Shown here piece after piece: positions 43,696-57,143 of a DNA stretch of 64,000 bases (within the stretch, counting starts at the first letter, position 1; each line of letters begins with the position of its first letter). The notes below the pieces were generated by a model. That model made no database searches. It had not been told where the DNA came from and was given only the letters and a program-made list of their open reading frames with translations. Source of the stretch: Hyaloraphidium curvatum SAG 235-1 (lineage: Eukaryota; Fungi; Monoblepharomycota); contig JAIVFI010000037.1 in NCBI GenBank assembly GCA_025558095.1, forward strand, positions 124,001 through 188,000. Reading direction: 5' to 3'. The position numbers and the translations under genes were made by a program.

Positions 43696-45602
43696 ATGCC
43701 CCCCACGCTGACCGCACGTCCGCCGGGCGGCACCCGCCCAACCGCAGCCGGAAAACGACCAGCCCGCCCGGCAGCATGGACTGCCCTCCTTGCATTTGCC
43801 ATCTCCATTGTGCTCTGGATTTTCCCTGGCCCGACCGCCGCCGCCGTCGAGGGCTGGTCGCTCACCAACGCGACCAAGGTCATCTTGAACTCCCTTCTCG
43901 ACGCGGGATACGACGCCGCGTCCAGGCCGGGCTTCGGCAGCGGTGCGCCCACCCCAGTTTATGCCCAGCTGCAGATCATATCGCTGTACGAGGTCGATCC
44001 GCTCTCGTCGACGTTCACCGTGGACGTCGAGCTAACCCTGCGATGGAACGACCCGCGCCTGGTCTTCAACTACGACGACTACCCTGTGCCCGAGGGCTCG
44101 GACCTGCGTTTAATCGGGTACACCGAACTCGGCAGCGGGATTGGACCCACGCACATAATATGGACGCCCGACGTCTACTGGGAGAACGAGGTCGATCCCG
44201 TGATTTTGAACCAGGTCATCAAATTAGCACCGGGCACCGGCGACCTGACGTGGACGCGGCACTACCTGGTGCAACTGACGTCGGTATTTAGCTTCCAGTC
44301 CTTCCCCTTCGATTTGCAGGTCGGTGGACGCACGTCGTATCGCGCAGCGTCGCTGACCTCCCCCCCCCCCCCCCCCCCTCGCAAGGACCTGCGCCTCATG
44401 CTCACCCCCTACTCCTACAACTCGCTCCAGATGTCCCTTTACTGGAGCGAACCCCCGATCGCCCCCGAGCCCGCCTCCTTCAACCACGCTACGTTCGACT
44501 ACAGATCGTACAAGGTCGCGCGCGAGCTCTTCATTTCGCGAGAGGGCCAGCCCACCTACGACCGCCTCATCATCGACGTGGCCGTAACGCGCCGGAGCGA
44601 CGGGTACATCATCAAGGCCAACCTGCCCCTCATCCTGCTCGTCGCGCTGTCGGCCGTAAGCTACTGGCTCAGCGTCGAGGCCGTCCCCGAGCGCCTCGGC
44701 CTCGTCGGTGCGTGTCCCGTGCCGCACGCGCAACCGCATGCACGCCTGACCGTCCCCTCCGCATCCAGTCACCCTCGTCCTAACCGTCGTCTCGTTCTAC
44801 TCCACCGTCACCGCCGGGCTCCCCGCCGTCAACTACCCGACGACGATGGACCTGTACGTGTTCGCCTGCTTCTTCGTGACCTTCATGGCGCTCGTGGAGG
44901 TGGCCGCGGTGCACCACCTCGTGGTGCGGAGGAACGACGTGGTCATGGCGACGGAGCTAGACTACTACTGCCGGAGGGTCGTGCTCCCCGTGTGGGCCAT
45001 CTTGTGGGTCTCCCCTTCCGGTCTGCCGGTTGTTGAATGCGTGCTGATGCGGCCCCCCGCGCAGCAACCTGATCCTGATCCAGAACGGCGGCCAGGCCCT
45101 CGGCATCTGCATCGGCGTCGCCATCTTCGTCATCATCATCTGGAACGCGTGGATCTTCTACTACCGCGTGCGCAAGCGGAAGCAGCGCGCCTTTGAGGCT
45201 ACCGCCGACGGCGACGAGCGCCTCGAGAGGAAGGCGTACAAGCGCGAGCTGGGCAAGCTGGTGCGTTGGACCGACAAGCTGTACAAGTTCCTGCACATCC
45301 GGCCGCCCGTGAGCGACGAGCAGGCCGCGAAAGAGCACATGGAGGAGCTGGAGCGGATGGCCGAGGCGGAGAGGCTGTGGCTGGAGGAGCAGCGCGAGGC
45401 CGAGGCGGCCGAGGCGGCGGCGATGGCCAGGGCCGGGTCGCCGAGCTCGGCCAAGAGGGCGGGGAGCTCCAGGGCCGGGTCGCCGACCGACGCCAAGAGG
45501 AGGGGGAGCTCGAGGGCGGAGTCGCCCGCGGACGTGAACAGGGAGGGGAGCGGGAACGGGAGCTCGTTGGGTACCGCAGTCGAGGACTCGGGGTCGCGGT
45601 GA
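43696..45602 (+). CDS. Pentameric ligand-gated ion channel subunit B (Cys-less Pro-loop type), 4 exons
   Basis: YDAASRP, VDPLSSTFTVDVELTLRWNDPRL, IWTPDVYWEN, FPFDLQ, YIIKANLPLILLVALSAVSYWL, PERLGLV|VTLVLTVVSF, LPAVNYPTTMDLY, LDYYCRRVVLP. Confidence 0.93.
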
Positions 45603-45928
45603 GGTATCCGCATGTAGGAGTAGCGCTGGATGCACGGTCGCCGTTGAATGCAAATTTTGTTGCTGGATGCAACGATGCTCCGGCAATCTGCGAGAGCAGT
45701 CGAGGTCGTATTGACCGAGGCGCAGTGCTCCCCGAAGACGAGGGAAGCACGCTGGAAAATGGATCACTCTTCCAGTCCGGCAATCCACCTTGCGTTTCAG
45801 TAGCTCCGTTTGCTCTCCTGAATGCAGAATGCAAAGATGGGAGGCTTATCGCGCGCACTTCCTTGTCGTGGCCGGCAGCCGACGCGCGTCGACCAACCCT
45901 CCACACGCCTAAGGAGGCGCGTCCCAGA

Positions 45929-46784
45929 ATGGCCGAAGACTGCCCCGCCGGCACGTGGTGCCACTTCCTGGCATTCACCGCGGCCCCCTTCCTGGGCAGC
46001 CTCTTCGCCTTGGCGCTCTACCTGTCCCCCTTCCCGGCCGTCCTTCGAGTACGGTCCTCCGGCCGCCTGGGCGCGCTCAACACCTTCCCGTACCCGTTCA
46101 TCGTCGGCAACTGCTTCGCGTGGCTGTTCTACGGCTACTTCCTGCGGGACCCGTACCTTGTCCTGCCCAACGTGTTCGGCGCGTGCACAGGGTTCCTGTA
46201 CGTCGGGCTCACGGGCCCCTTCCTGGACGCCGCGGCGAGCCTGCGCAACTCTGTCGCGCTGGCGGTGCTCGTGGGATGGGATCTGCTCGGGGCGCACGTG
46301 GCGTTCGTGTTTTTCGGGCCCGGGGACGAGGGGAAGAAGGTGCTCGGGTGGTGCGCCGTGATCATGAACGTGGCCTTCTTTGCCAGCCCGCTGTCTGCGC
46401 TCTGGAAGATCCTGAGGTCCGGAGACGCGTCGTCGGTGCACCTGCCGCTGGCCGTGGCGACGGTGGTGAACTGCTCCCTGTGGACGACCTACGTGGGTTT
46501 CTCGCCCTAGCTTTCGCTCCCCTCGTGCTGACAGCCCTCCTGGACGTTCATTTCAGGGCTTCTTCCTCAGGGATCCTTTCATATTCTTCCCGAACGCGTT
46601 TGGGCTGCTCTCGGCCGTGGCTCAGCTCATTCTCGCCTGCGTGTTCCCCCGGCTGGAGCTTTCGGAGGACACCGAGCCTGTCGCGAACGGCGTTGCCCAC
46701 GCGGACGAGGAGGCACAGGATGCGGACGGGGAGACGGATGTCAGGGCGCCGGTGCTGCCGAAGCGGGGAGCGGGGCACGTGTGA
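45929..46784 (+). CDS. SWEET (MtN3/saliva) sugar transporter
   Basis: LYLSP, PYPFIVGNCFAWLFYG, PNVFG, FFASPLS, NCSLWTTY|GFFLRDPFIFFPNAFG; one intron. Confidence 0.93.
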
Positions 46785-46983
46785 TTTGCGGTTGCTGGCA
46801 ACAAGAGACGGAATACAAGCTGGATCAACGCGGCCTCTAGCTGGTCTCCTTGTCAAGAAGCTAGAGAACAATTTGCGACGAATGATTGCCTCCACTGCTG
46901 CCCCCGATCATCGAGGGAGAGAATGCACGCTCCTGACACGCGCCGCCGTCCGTCAGGGCCCAACGCACCGCACACCCCCCGCG

Positions 46984-49548
46984 ATGAAGCCGGGATTCAC
47001 GCCCGTCACGGGCGGTGGAGGCACCGATCGCGGCCGGCAGCAGCGCCCGCAGATCGCCGTGCCCGCGATGGCCGCGCCCGCGGCGTCTGCAGGCGGCACC
47101 CACGCAGCGACCCCCACCGGCCCCCCGTCGCCCGCGCCCGCGTCGCCGCTCGCGACCCCGGAGAACCCGTTCCCGCCGATCCGCCCGCGATCGGCGTCGC
47201 TCTCGCGCGCGTCGGTGCCCGTCGATGTGGGTTCGACGCGTCCGACGGACGCCGACGGGGGACATCCCCAGTTCGCTGACCTCCCATTTCCCTCATCTAT
47301 TTCCCGAATCTCCATTCATTCATTATCGTTCGGATCGTTTTTCGTTGAATTCCCCGGAACCCCAGCCCTCGCGTCCGAAATCGCCCGCCGGGGAGGCGCC
47401 GCCGCCCTCGAGATCGCCGCCGCCGTCGCCTTCGCTCACGCTCAGCCGCGATCCCTCGTCGCCGCCCGAGCCGCTTGTCTTGCCGCCGATCGACGGCTCC
47501 GACGCACCGGTCATCATCGACGTGCCACCGCCCCGCGCACCCTCGCCCGACATTGCACCGCCGCCTTCGCCCAAGCTGCAGCCGCAGAGCATCTCCTTCG
47601 CGGCACCCTCGGGATCCTCCAACCCGCAGGCAGCTGGGACGGCGCCGTCCACCTCGACTGCAGCGCCCAAGCCTGCACCGGCCCCCGCGGTCCAGCAGCC
47701 CGTGCCGCGATCGCTCGCGCAGCCTCTTCCCGGCCAGGGCAAGCCAATGATTCCGCACAGCATGACTTCCGGTGTTGCCACTGGCGCGAAGCCAGCGCAG
47801 CCGGCCGCTTCGGGCCAGCAGCCCGTCTCTCCTTCGACCGAAGCCCCCGTGCCCTCGTACAAGCAGCCCATACCTACTCCTCAGCCCGTCAGATCGCCCA
47901 CAGGCTCATCCTCCTCCCTCTCCGTGCCCGGCGCCACCCGCCCCCGCGGCGGCCGCCGCGGCTCCGGCAACGGCAACGGCGCCGGCGCCATCGCCCTCAT
48001 CCCCCCCACCGCCGACCCCCCCGGCAAACCACCCCGCTACGCCATCCTCGACTACTCCGCCGAAGCCGGCGCGGGCCAGTACCAGGTCGGCACGACCTCG
48101 GCCTCGCTCGAAGCCTACCTCGCCGACGCCGCCTCGCACGGCGTGGGCGTGGGCAAGGGCGGCGGCGGCCGCGTGGGCGATTCCCAGCAGACGGCGCGGT
48201 GGGCGCACCTCTCCTATTCTGCACGCGAGCCCCGCTCGGAATGGGCCGCGATCGCACGGCAGATCAAGGCGCTGGGGAGCTTCCGCGGGGGCGGGAAGAA
48301 GGCGGGGATCGGCGGGCGCACGTACCAGAAGCAGACCCTCACCATCGACGAGGCCGGCGTCGGGTTCTCGATCCCCGTGTACGCGGAGGACCTCTCGTTC
48401 GGCGACGCCGTGGTTGAGGGCATCTCGCCTCGCGCGCCGGGGAGCTGGGACGAGTCCTTCGGCTCGGCGTACTCGGTCGTGCGCGCCGAGTCGACGGTGC
48501 TGGAAGCCCTGGCACGCGTCGAGGGGCGCGCGCTCAAGCGCGGGCGGATGGAGTTCAGGATCGAGTTCGTGCGCGGGTGGAGGGTGGACGACATCCGGAT
48601 GCTGCTGCTCACGGTGCTCTCGCTGCGCGACGGGGAGATCGAGAACGACCTGTTCGGGGATCCGCTGAGGGGGATCATGCCGACGGCCAACCTCTACACG
48701 GACGGGACCGCGCTCCTCGGCGCCGTGCTCAGGAGCGTCGTGGAGATCATGGCCGAGGTGGTGTCGTTCCTCGAAGACAGCTTCGCGGATGCCGAGGCGG
48801 TCGTTTTCATGAAGCCGGCAGTGCTGTACCAGCAGGGTGAGTTGTTTGCAGTACGGCTGGCGAGTTGGTTACGTTACTGAAGCATGCACCTCGCCCAGTG
48901 CTCACCGCGCTCAAGGCCGAGATGCTCGTCGTCAAGCGCGACCTCAGCGTGGCCGAGAACCAGATCCGCGCCCTCGCGGGCTTCCTCGTCGGCGTCGCCC
49001 CGCCCGGCTCCGCCTGGGCCGGCTCGGCGATCAACGTCGAGGCCGTGGCCAACGAGTGCGTCGTCCTGCGCGAGCGCACCGACGCGCTCCTGCAGCGGTG
49101 CGACGCGCTCGTGGGCCTCGTCAACTTCGAGGTCTCGGCGTTCCAGAACCGCATCATCTTTGCGCTCACCGCAGTCAGCATGCTCTTTGCCCCCGCGGGC
49201 ATCTACGCCGAGGTGATCAAGACGTCCGAGGAGATGGTGATCGGCGACGGGACGCCGCTCACGTGGTGGCTGGGCCTCATGCTGCTCTTTGCAATCACCG
49301 GCTTCATCCTCCTGCTCTGGGTGGGGCCGACGGTGATCCGGGACGGGTTCGAGGAGCTCAGCGAGTGGGACCGGGACGCGCTGACCCGCTCGCGCCGCAT
49401 CTTCTTCAAGCGCCTCGCGGCGCTGGTCGCCGAACGCCGCCGCATCGAGGCCGAGGAGGCGGAGATCGAGCGCGAGCGCGCGCTGTCGGATCCCAAGGAG
49501 GAACTGGAGCCCGGGGACGAAGGCGGACAGCCGACGCTCACGGGTTGA
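46984..49548 (+). CDS. Divergent CorA-like divalent cation transporter with a long Pro-rich N-terminus; in-frame extension to 49842 beyond the TGA
   Basis: Helical stalk LEDSFADAEAVVF..LKAEMLVVKR, QNRIIFALTAVSMLFAP, then two TM helices; no GMN motif; two introns. Confidence 0.7.
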
Positions 49549-50021
49549 CTCGCGAAGGACCCGGGGCCGGTGCTGGCTGCCGATTCCGCGAGCGAGGTAT
49601 TCGCGGAGCCGGGTGCCGAGCCACGGCCTTCGGGCGACGAGGATTCGCCGCTGCTCGTCCCGGCTGAGGGCGACGGCAAGGCCAAGAGGGGACGCCGGAA
49701 CCAGTGGAGCGCCTACGCGTGGGAAGTCTACATGTACCGCACCCTGGGTCGGTTCGGGATGGCAATGGCCGCCGCGATGGTGGGCCTCGAGCGGGCCGTG
49801 ATGGGCTCGCTGGCCTGCTGCCTCGGCGGACGGAGGAAGTAGTCGAACGGATGCGGGCCTGGCCATGAAGCACCGGCGGGAAACCCGTCCCTGTGGGGCG
49901 GATGACCCCCGTCGGGAGCTGAACGATGCCGGCTCCACTCCGACAAGGATGTTTTCTGGGATAGACGGGTGTTGTATTGCACAAGATCGCAAGCGAATGC
50001 CAGCACGTAAGCAGTGCCGAC

Positions 50022-51143
50022 TCAATCTCTTCTCACCAACGATGCCATGTCCCTCTTTGCCATCGCCACGATCAGCCGATTCAGCAACCCCGGCGCAGAG
50101 CTTGCCAGGACGCCGACCAACACGTCCGCCATCCCGTTCGTCACCGTCACCTGCATCGCCGGCGTCGCACTCCGCAGCTCCCTCTCCATCCTCTCTGCGA
50201 CCCACCGCGGCGTGGTCATCGCCTCTCGGGGCGGTGCCATGCCGACCACCTTCGTCATGCACGAGACGACGGCCTGCGCGCCACCGGCATAGCGGTTCAG
50301 GGGATTCTCGCGTCCGTAAGGGTCCGAGCCGTCGTACTTGGCGCCGGGATTGTTCGCTTCGATCTTGGCGAGGAACTTTGGCGCGTATTCTGGGCCTTCG
50401 ACCATCGGGGTCGCGACAAAGAAGGGGCGGAACTCGACGACCTCGATCCCGAAAGCGGCGAGCTCGGCGCGGAGGGTGTTCATGATCGCCTTTGTCGCAT
50501 GCTTGGAGGCCGCATAGGGGTTGCCGAGGGACGCACCGATCTCCGCGCCGATGGACGACATGGTGATGATACGCGGGCGGAGGACGGAGGGGTCGCGGCG
50601 GGCGAGGTGGGCGGAGCGGTGGAGCAGGTGGAGCACGGAGCGCGTGCATCGGAGCACACCGAACGTGTTGACGTCGAAAACGCGCTGCCAATCTTCCATA
50701 GAGCCAAGATCGGTGTAGCCGCACATGATTTGGATGCCGGCGACGTTGCATAGCGCAAAGAGCCCGTTGTCCCTGCAGTGCTCCTCCGCCAGGTCCCTCA
50801 TCGCAGAGACGCTCGTGTTAGACGTGACGTCGAGCCGGAACGGCACCAGATTCGGTCTTCCGAGAGCTTGCAGCGTTTCGATGCCGGAGCCGAGGCAGCC
50901 CGCCAACACAGTGAACTCCGGGGACCCTGTTGCCGCGTCCGTGCGTTCGGAAAGCAGCTCGGCGGTCGCGCGCCCGATTCCCGTATCGCAGCCCGTGACC
51001 AATATGACGGCCCCGCGCGGGACACGCGGCACGGGACGCAGCAAGCGGGACACGGCGAGCGCGGCCGCGACGGCGGCCGCGCCGAGAATCGCGGCTTTCG
51101 CGGGGGCGCTGAGGGACTCGGCGAGCTCCGCCAGCCGTTGCAT
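50022..51143 (-). CDS. Short-chain dehydrogenase/reductase (RDH/BDH-like) with N-terminal membrane anchor
   Basis: VTGCDTGIG, LDVT, NVAG, VNTFG, MSS, YAASK. Confidence 0.92.
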   Translation of the reverse strand: MQRLAELAESLSAPAKAAILGAAAVAAALAVSRLLRPVPRVPRGAVILVTGCDTGIGRATAELLSERTDAATGSPEFTVLAGCLGSGIETLQALGRPNLVPFRLDVTSNTSVSAMRDLAEEHCRDNGLFALCNVAGIQIMCGYTDLGSMEDWQRVFDVNTFGVLRCTRSVLHLLHRSAHLARRDPSVLRPRIITMSSIGAEIGASLGNPYAASKHATKAIMNTLRAELAAFGIEVVEFRPFFVATPMVEGPEYAPKFLAKIEANNPGAKYDGSDPYGRENPLNRYAGGAQAVVSCMTKVVGMAPPREAMTTPRWVAERMERELRSATPAMQVTVTNGMADVLVGVLASSAPGLLNRLIVAMAKRDMASLVRRD

Positions 51144-51543
51144 CGCGGCGGGCCTGGGAAGCAGGTTTGGGACGCGTTGGCGAGGGTCGCACGGCGGGGA
51201 ACGCGCGGGTGGCAAGGCGTTGCTTTTCCTCCGCTCCGGCGCTCGCCGAGATCGGACCAGAGACTTCGATGTACAATTGGATGGAAGATCTGCAAGGCTT
51301 GCGACGAGATCTCTGCCGAGTACGAATCGGACGACTACGACGGGTACGGATACGGATACGATTACGTGGAATGCCGCTTCTGCGGCCATTCGTGGAATGG
51401 GGCACGCACTGGCGGCACCTGCTTCCAGTGCCGCGATAACCGGTTTTGGTGACGGACATGTTGATCTTCCGCAGTGTACTTCTTGGGGTGTGTGCATATC
51501 GATTGGTCCGAATCACCAGCGATCGCATTGCCCAAACCCCGTC

Positions 51544-54459
51544 CTACACCGGGAATATCCTGAGTGTCCCCTCCACCCTTCTCCTGCAAGCCGGGCACGG
51601 TCCCCCCTCCAGCCTCGGCGCGCAGAAAACGCACGACAGCAGGTGTCCGCACGGGACCATGGCCACGCACCGCAGGTCCCCGACGCAGAGCAGGCACGGC
51701 GAGGCCATGCCCTCCGCGGGGTCCTCCTCCTCGGGGACGGGCGCGCGCTTGCCGCGGCGGGAGGGGGCGGGGTTGGGTGCGGGAGCGGGTTTGGGAGCAG
51801 GCTGCGAGGGGGGTGTGCCGCGGCGGGCGAGGGCGGGGTGGGATTCGGAGATGGGGGAGGGCTGGCTCGGCGGCGAGGAGGAGAAGAGGGAAAAGTGCGA
51901 GGGCTGCGCGGCCAGCTGTGCCCAGGTCTTTTGTCCGGGCGGGTTGGCCTCGGCGGAGAACGGGCGGAGCAGATTGGGGCCGCTCTCGGGAACCGGGGGG
52001 GTGGCGAGCTTGCGGATCGAGGAGCCGATGATGCCGGCCTTGGGCGACGCCGAGGGGGAGTTGGGGAGGAGGCCGAAGCGGTTGGAGCCGGCAAAGGCGG
52101 GCGAGACGATCGGGTCCTCGTCGGGCACGATCCGGCCCGCGTCCTCCCGGCGCGGCAGCACGGCGGCGGACGGCTGGAAAGGTTCCGCGATGTCCTGTGG
52201 GGAAAGAGGCACGATGTCAGCGCGCGAAAACGTCGACGCAGCCGTCCGAGACCCACCGCAGCCCCGATCCCGATCCCCACCAGCCTCGACACGTCGAACG
52301 CCTCCCCCTTCTCCTCCGTCACCGTGCTGCTCTCGCTCCCCGAGTAGCGCGGGCTCCCGCGGTGCGCCGTTTCCGAGTCCGACGCGCTGTCGTGCAACTC
52401 GAGGGGGTCCGGGGAGCGGGCCTTGCGCGGGGGGTCGGCGGGCGGCGGGAGCGTCCGCGCGGGTGCGGGTTGAGGTGCGGGCTGGGGTTGTTGAGGCTGG
52501 CGCGGTAATGGCGCCGGGGCCGAGGCGGGGGCAGGAGGCGCGGGTGGGGGTGCAGCGGAGGGCACCGGGGTTGCGGGCTTCCTCTCCTTCTCCTTCTCCT
52601 TCTCCGCCGCGGGCTTCACCCCCGCCGGCTCGGGCGCCTTTGGCCGTTCCGGCAACGGCGCCGAAACTGGGGTCCCCCTGCCGCCGCGCTTCCGGCCTTC
52701 TGCGGGCTCCGGCTTCGGAGGCAGCGCGGGGCCAGCGTGCTTCGGCGCCGGCACTGCGGTCGGCAGCGGCTTCGGGGTGTCCTTCTCCTTCTCCTTCTCC
52801 TTCTCCGGCGCAGGCTTCGCGGAAGCGGGCTGCGCGCGGGCGGGTTGCGGAGACGGAGGCGCCGTGGCCGCGAACGCAGAAGCCGGCGCCGTCGCCGCGG
52901 ATTTGGCCGCCGGTCCGCGCTTCCCCGCCGCCTCGGCCGGGTAGGGCTCCAGCGGCGGCATGTCCGCGAACGCGTCCGGCTGCGCCTGCGGCGGCTGCTT
53001 TGCGGGCCCCTGCTTCTTCTGCGCCGGTGCGGAGGCGGGGGCGGGGGTCGGGGGTTTCGAAGGCGGCGGCTCGGGTTTGGGCGTCGCGGGGCGGGTATCT
53101 GCCCGGGCCTTGGCTGTAGGCTGGGGCGAGGGCTTGGCGGGCGGGTCCGGCGCGGGCTGCGGCTCGGGCTGCAGGTCCGGCGAGGGTAGCGCCGGGACGT
53201 TGGTGGGCGGGAGCACTGTGGGAGGACGACGCGTTGACGTCAGCGCTCCGATCCGCCGACGATGCCGCTCGGCCTCCCCACATTCGGGTTTCCTCGAGGC
53301 AAAGATCCGGTAGTGCAGGTTCGGCACCCATGTCGGCATTTTGCCCTCCAGCCTGTCCCAGAGGCTCGGCTTCCCCTTCCTCAGCGTGACCACGACGCTC
53401 TCCGCCTCGAGCTTCAGCTGGCAGTGCTTGGGCTGCACCGGCTGCGCCAGGTACAGCCGCAGACCCTGCGGCGTGCCGAGCTTGAACACCCTGTTGGGGA
53501 ACTGCACGTCCACGAGCCTCTCCCCCGTCACCACGACCCGCACGTCGTCCTCGACCAGCCCCGGCTCGTTCAGCCGGATGATCACGTCCGCGTAGGCGTC
53601 GGTCCAGTCGTGCTTGAGCTCCCTGTCGGTCCGCGCGCGCACGTGGTCCTTGGCAAACTCGGCGCGCTGCGCCTCCCTGTCGGCCTCGGCGGCGGCGCCG
53701 CCCGAGGGGTGCGGCCGGATCTTGCGGCAGTCCAGCTCCGAGACCCAGCGGGAGGAGGGATAGCGGTCCCACCCGACGTGGCGCACGCGGAAGTAGCGGT
53801 GCAGCGCAGGGCGGTCCGCGGTGGTTTCGGCGGGCTTCTTCTCCGAGGACTGGGGGGCGGCGTCGTCCTCCGGGGTGGCCTTGGCGAGGATCGAGGATCG
53901 GGGGAAGACCTGGAAGACGGCGGCTTCGAGGATCTGAGCGAGGGGGCGCCAAAAAAAGGACATCGATGCGGGAGAAGGGGAAAGGGGATCAGCGCCCCGA
54001 CCCCGGCACAACAGCAGGGCATTCCACCCACCGTTGCCACGACGGCATAACTGTCGTTTTGACACAGGATCGGGCCGGCGGTTTGCGGGCGCGTCGGGCG
54101 GGCAGGGGTTAGCGCGAACCGGGGGTCCCGGCAGGCGACTCACGGGCCGTCTGGAAGAGCGGGGGTCAGCTACCGCCGGGCAAAAAGGGCGGCAGAGTAC
54201 CCACAGAGCGCCAGAATCTCCTCGCCGAGCGAGAACATCTGCATCGTCGACTGGTTCAGCGCGGCGGCCGGGTCGGCGGGCACCTCGACCTGCGGGCATT
54301 GCGAGGTCAGCCCGCCCTCTCCCCCGCGCCCTCCGGCATCTCTCAGCCCACGTTCTTCCCCTTCCCTTTCGCGGCGGGCGGCGCGGGCGGCGGCGCGGCC
54401 TTTTCGGCCTTTGCCTTTGCGGCCGGGGGCGCGGCCGCGCGGTGCTTGTTCTTGGCCAT
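51544..54459 (-). CDS. Tudor-knot/chromo-barrel, CS(p23) domain, Pro-rich linker and C-terminal RING-HC: putative E3 ligase
   Basis: Spliced FSLGEEILAL|YGP|YAVVAT|ILEA..YFRVRHVGWDRYPSSRWV; CS HDWTD..V.IRL..LYLAQPVQPKHC..VVVTLRK..WDRLE; RING CLLC..PCGHLLSCVFC..CPACRRRV. Confidence 0.8.
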
Positions 54460-54616
54460 CGCGGGCGCGGCGGGGCCGGGGGAATCCGCTACGGGGAGAG
54501 AGGAAGCGCCATGGCCGCTGCGGCCGTGGGACGCGGTATACAGGGGGAATCAGGCGGGGCGAAGTTTGGACCGTCGACCGTCTTCTGCGCGGCCGTCATC
54601 GCCGCCTTCGCCTTCA

Positions 54617-56933
<2,317 letters not shown>

Positions 56934-57143
56934 TTATAAATACGGGAAAAGGGTAAGATCGGGAGGGCAAGTTCCGCGTCCTTAGAGGTTGACTAGCAAA
57001 ATAACGAATCTCCGTTCGAAGTATCTCCCTTTTCTCCAGCGTCTCCCTGGTCTCCCTGGGGCCGTGCGAACACAGCCAGCGACCAGCAAAAAGGCGATCC
57101 TTCCGGGCCCTTCTGCATCTCGAGCCCGGTGGACACCCGAACC

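Noticed and set aside
44358-44380. Poly-C run read as a poly-Pro insert in pLGIC B
   Set aside because: Lies inside an in-frame intron (GTCGGT...CTGAC...AAG) between FPFDLQ and DLRLML.
49546-49548. Selenocysteine codon
   Set aside because: Context is a disordered tail with no redox motif, and no SECIS could be identified by eye.
51338-51366. Short tacgga-like tandem repeat
   Set aside because: Too short and degenerate to support any function.
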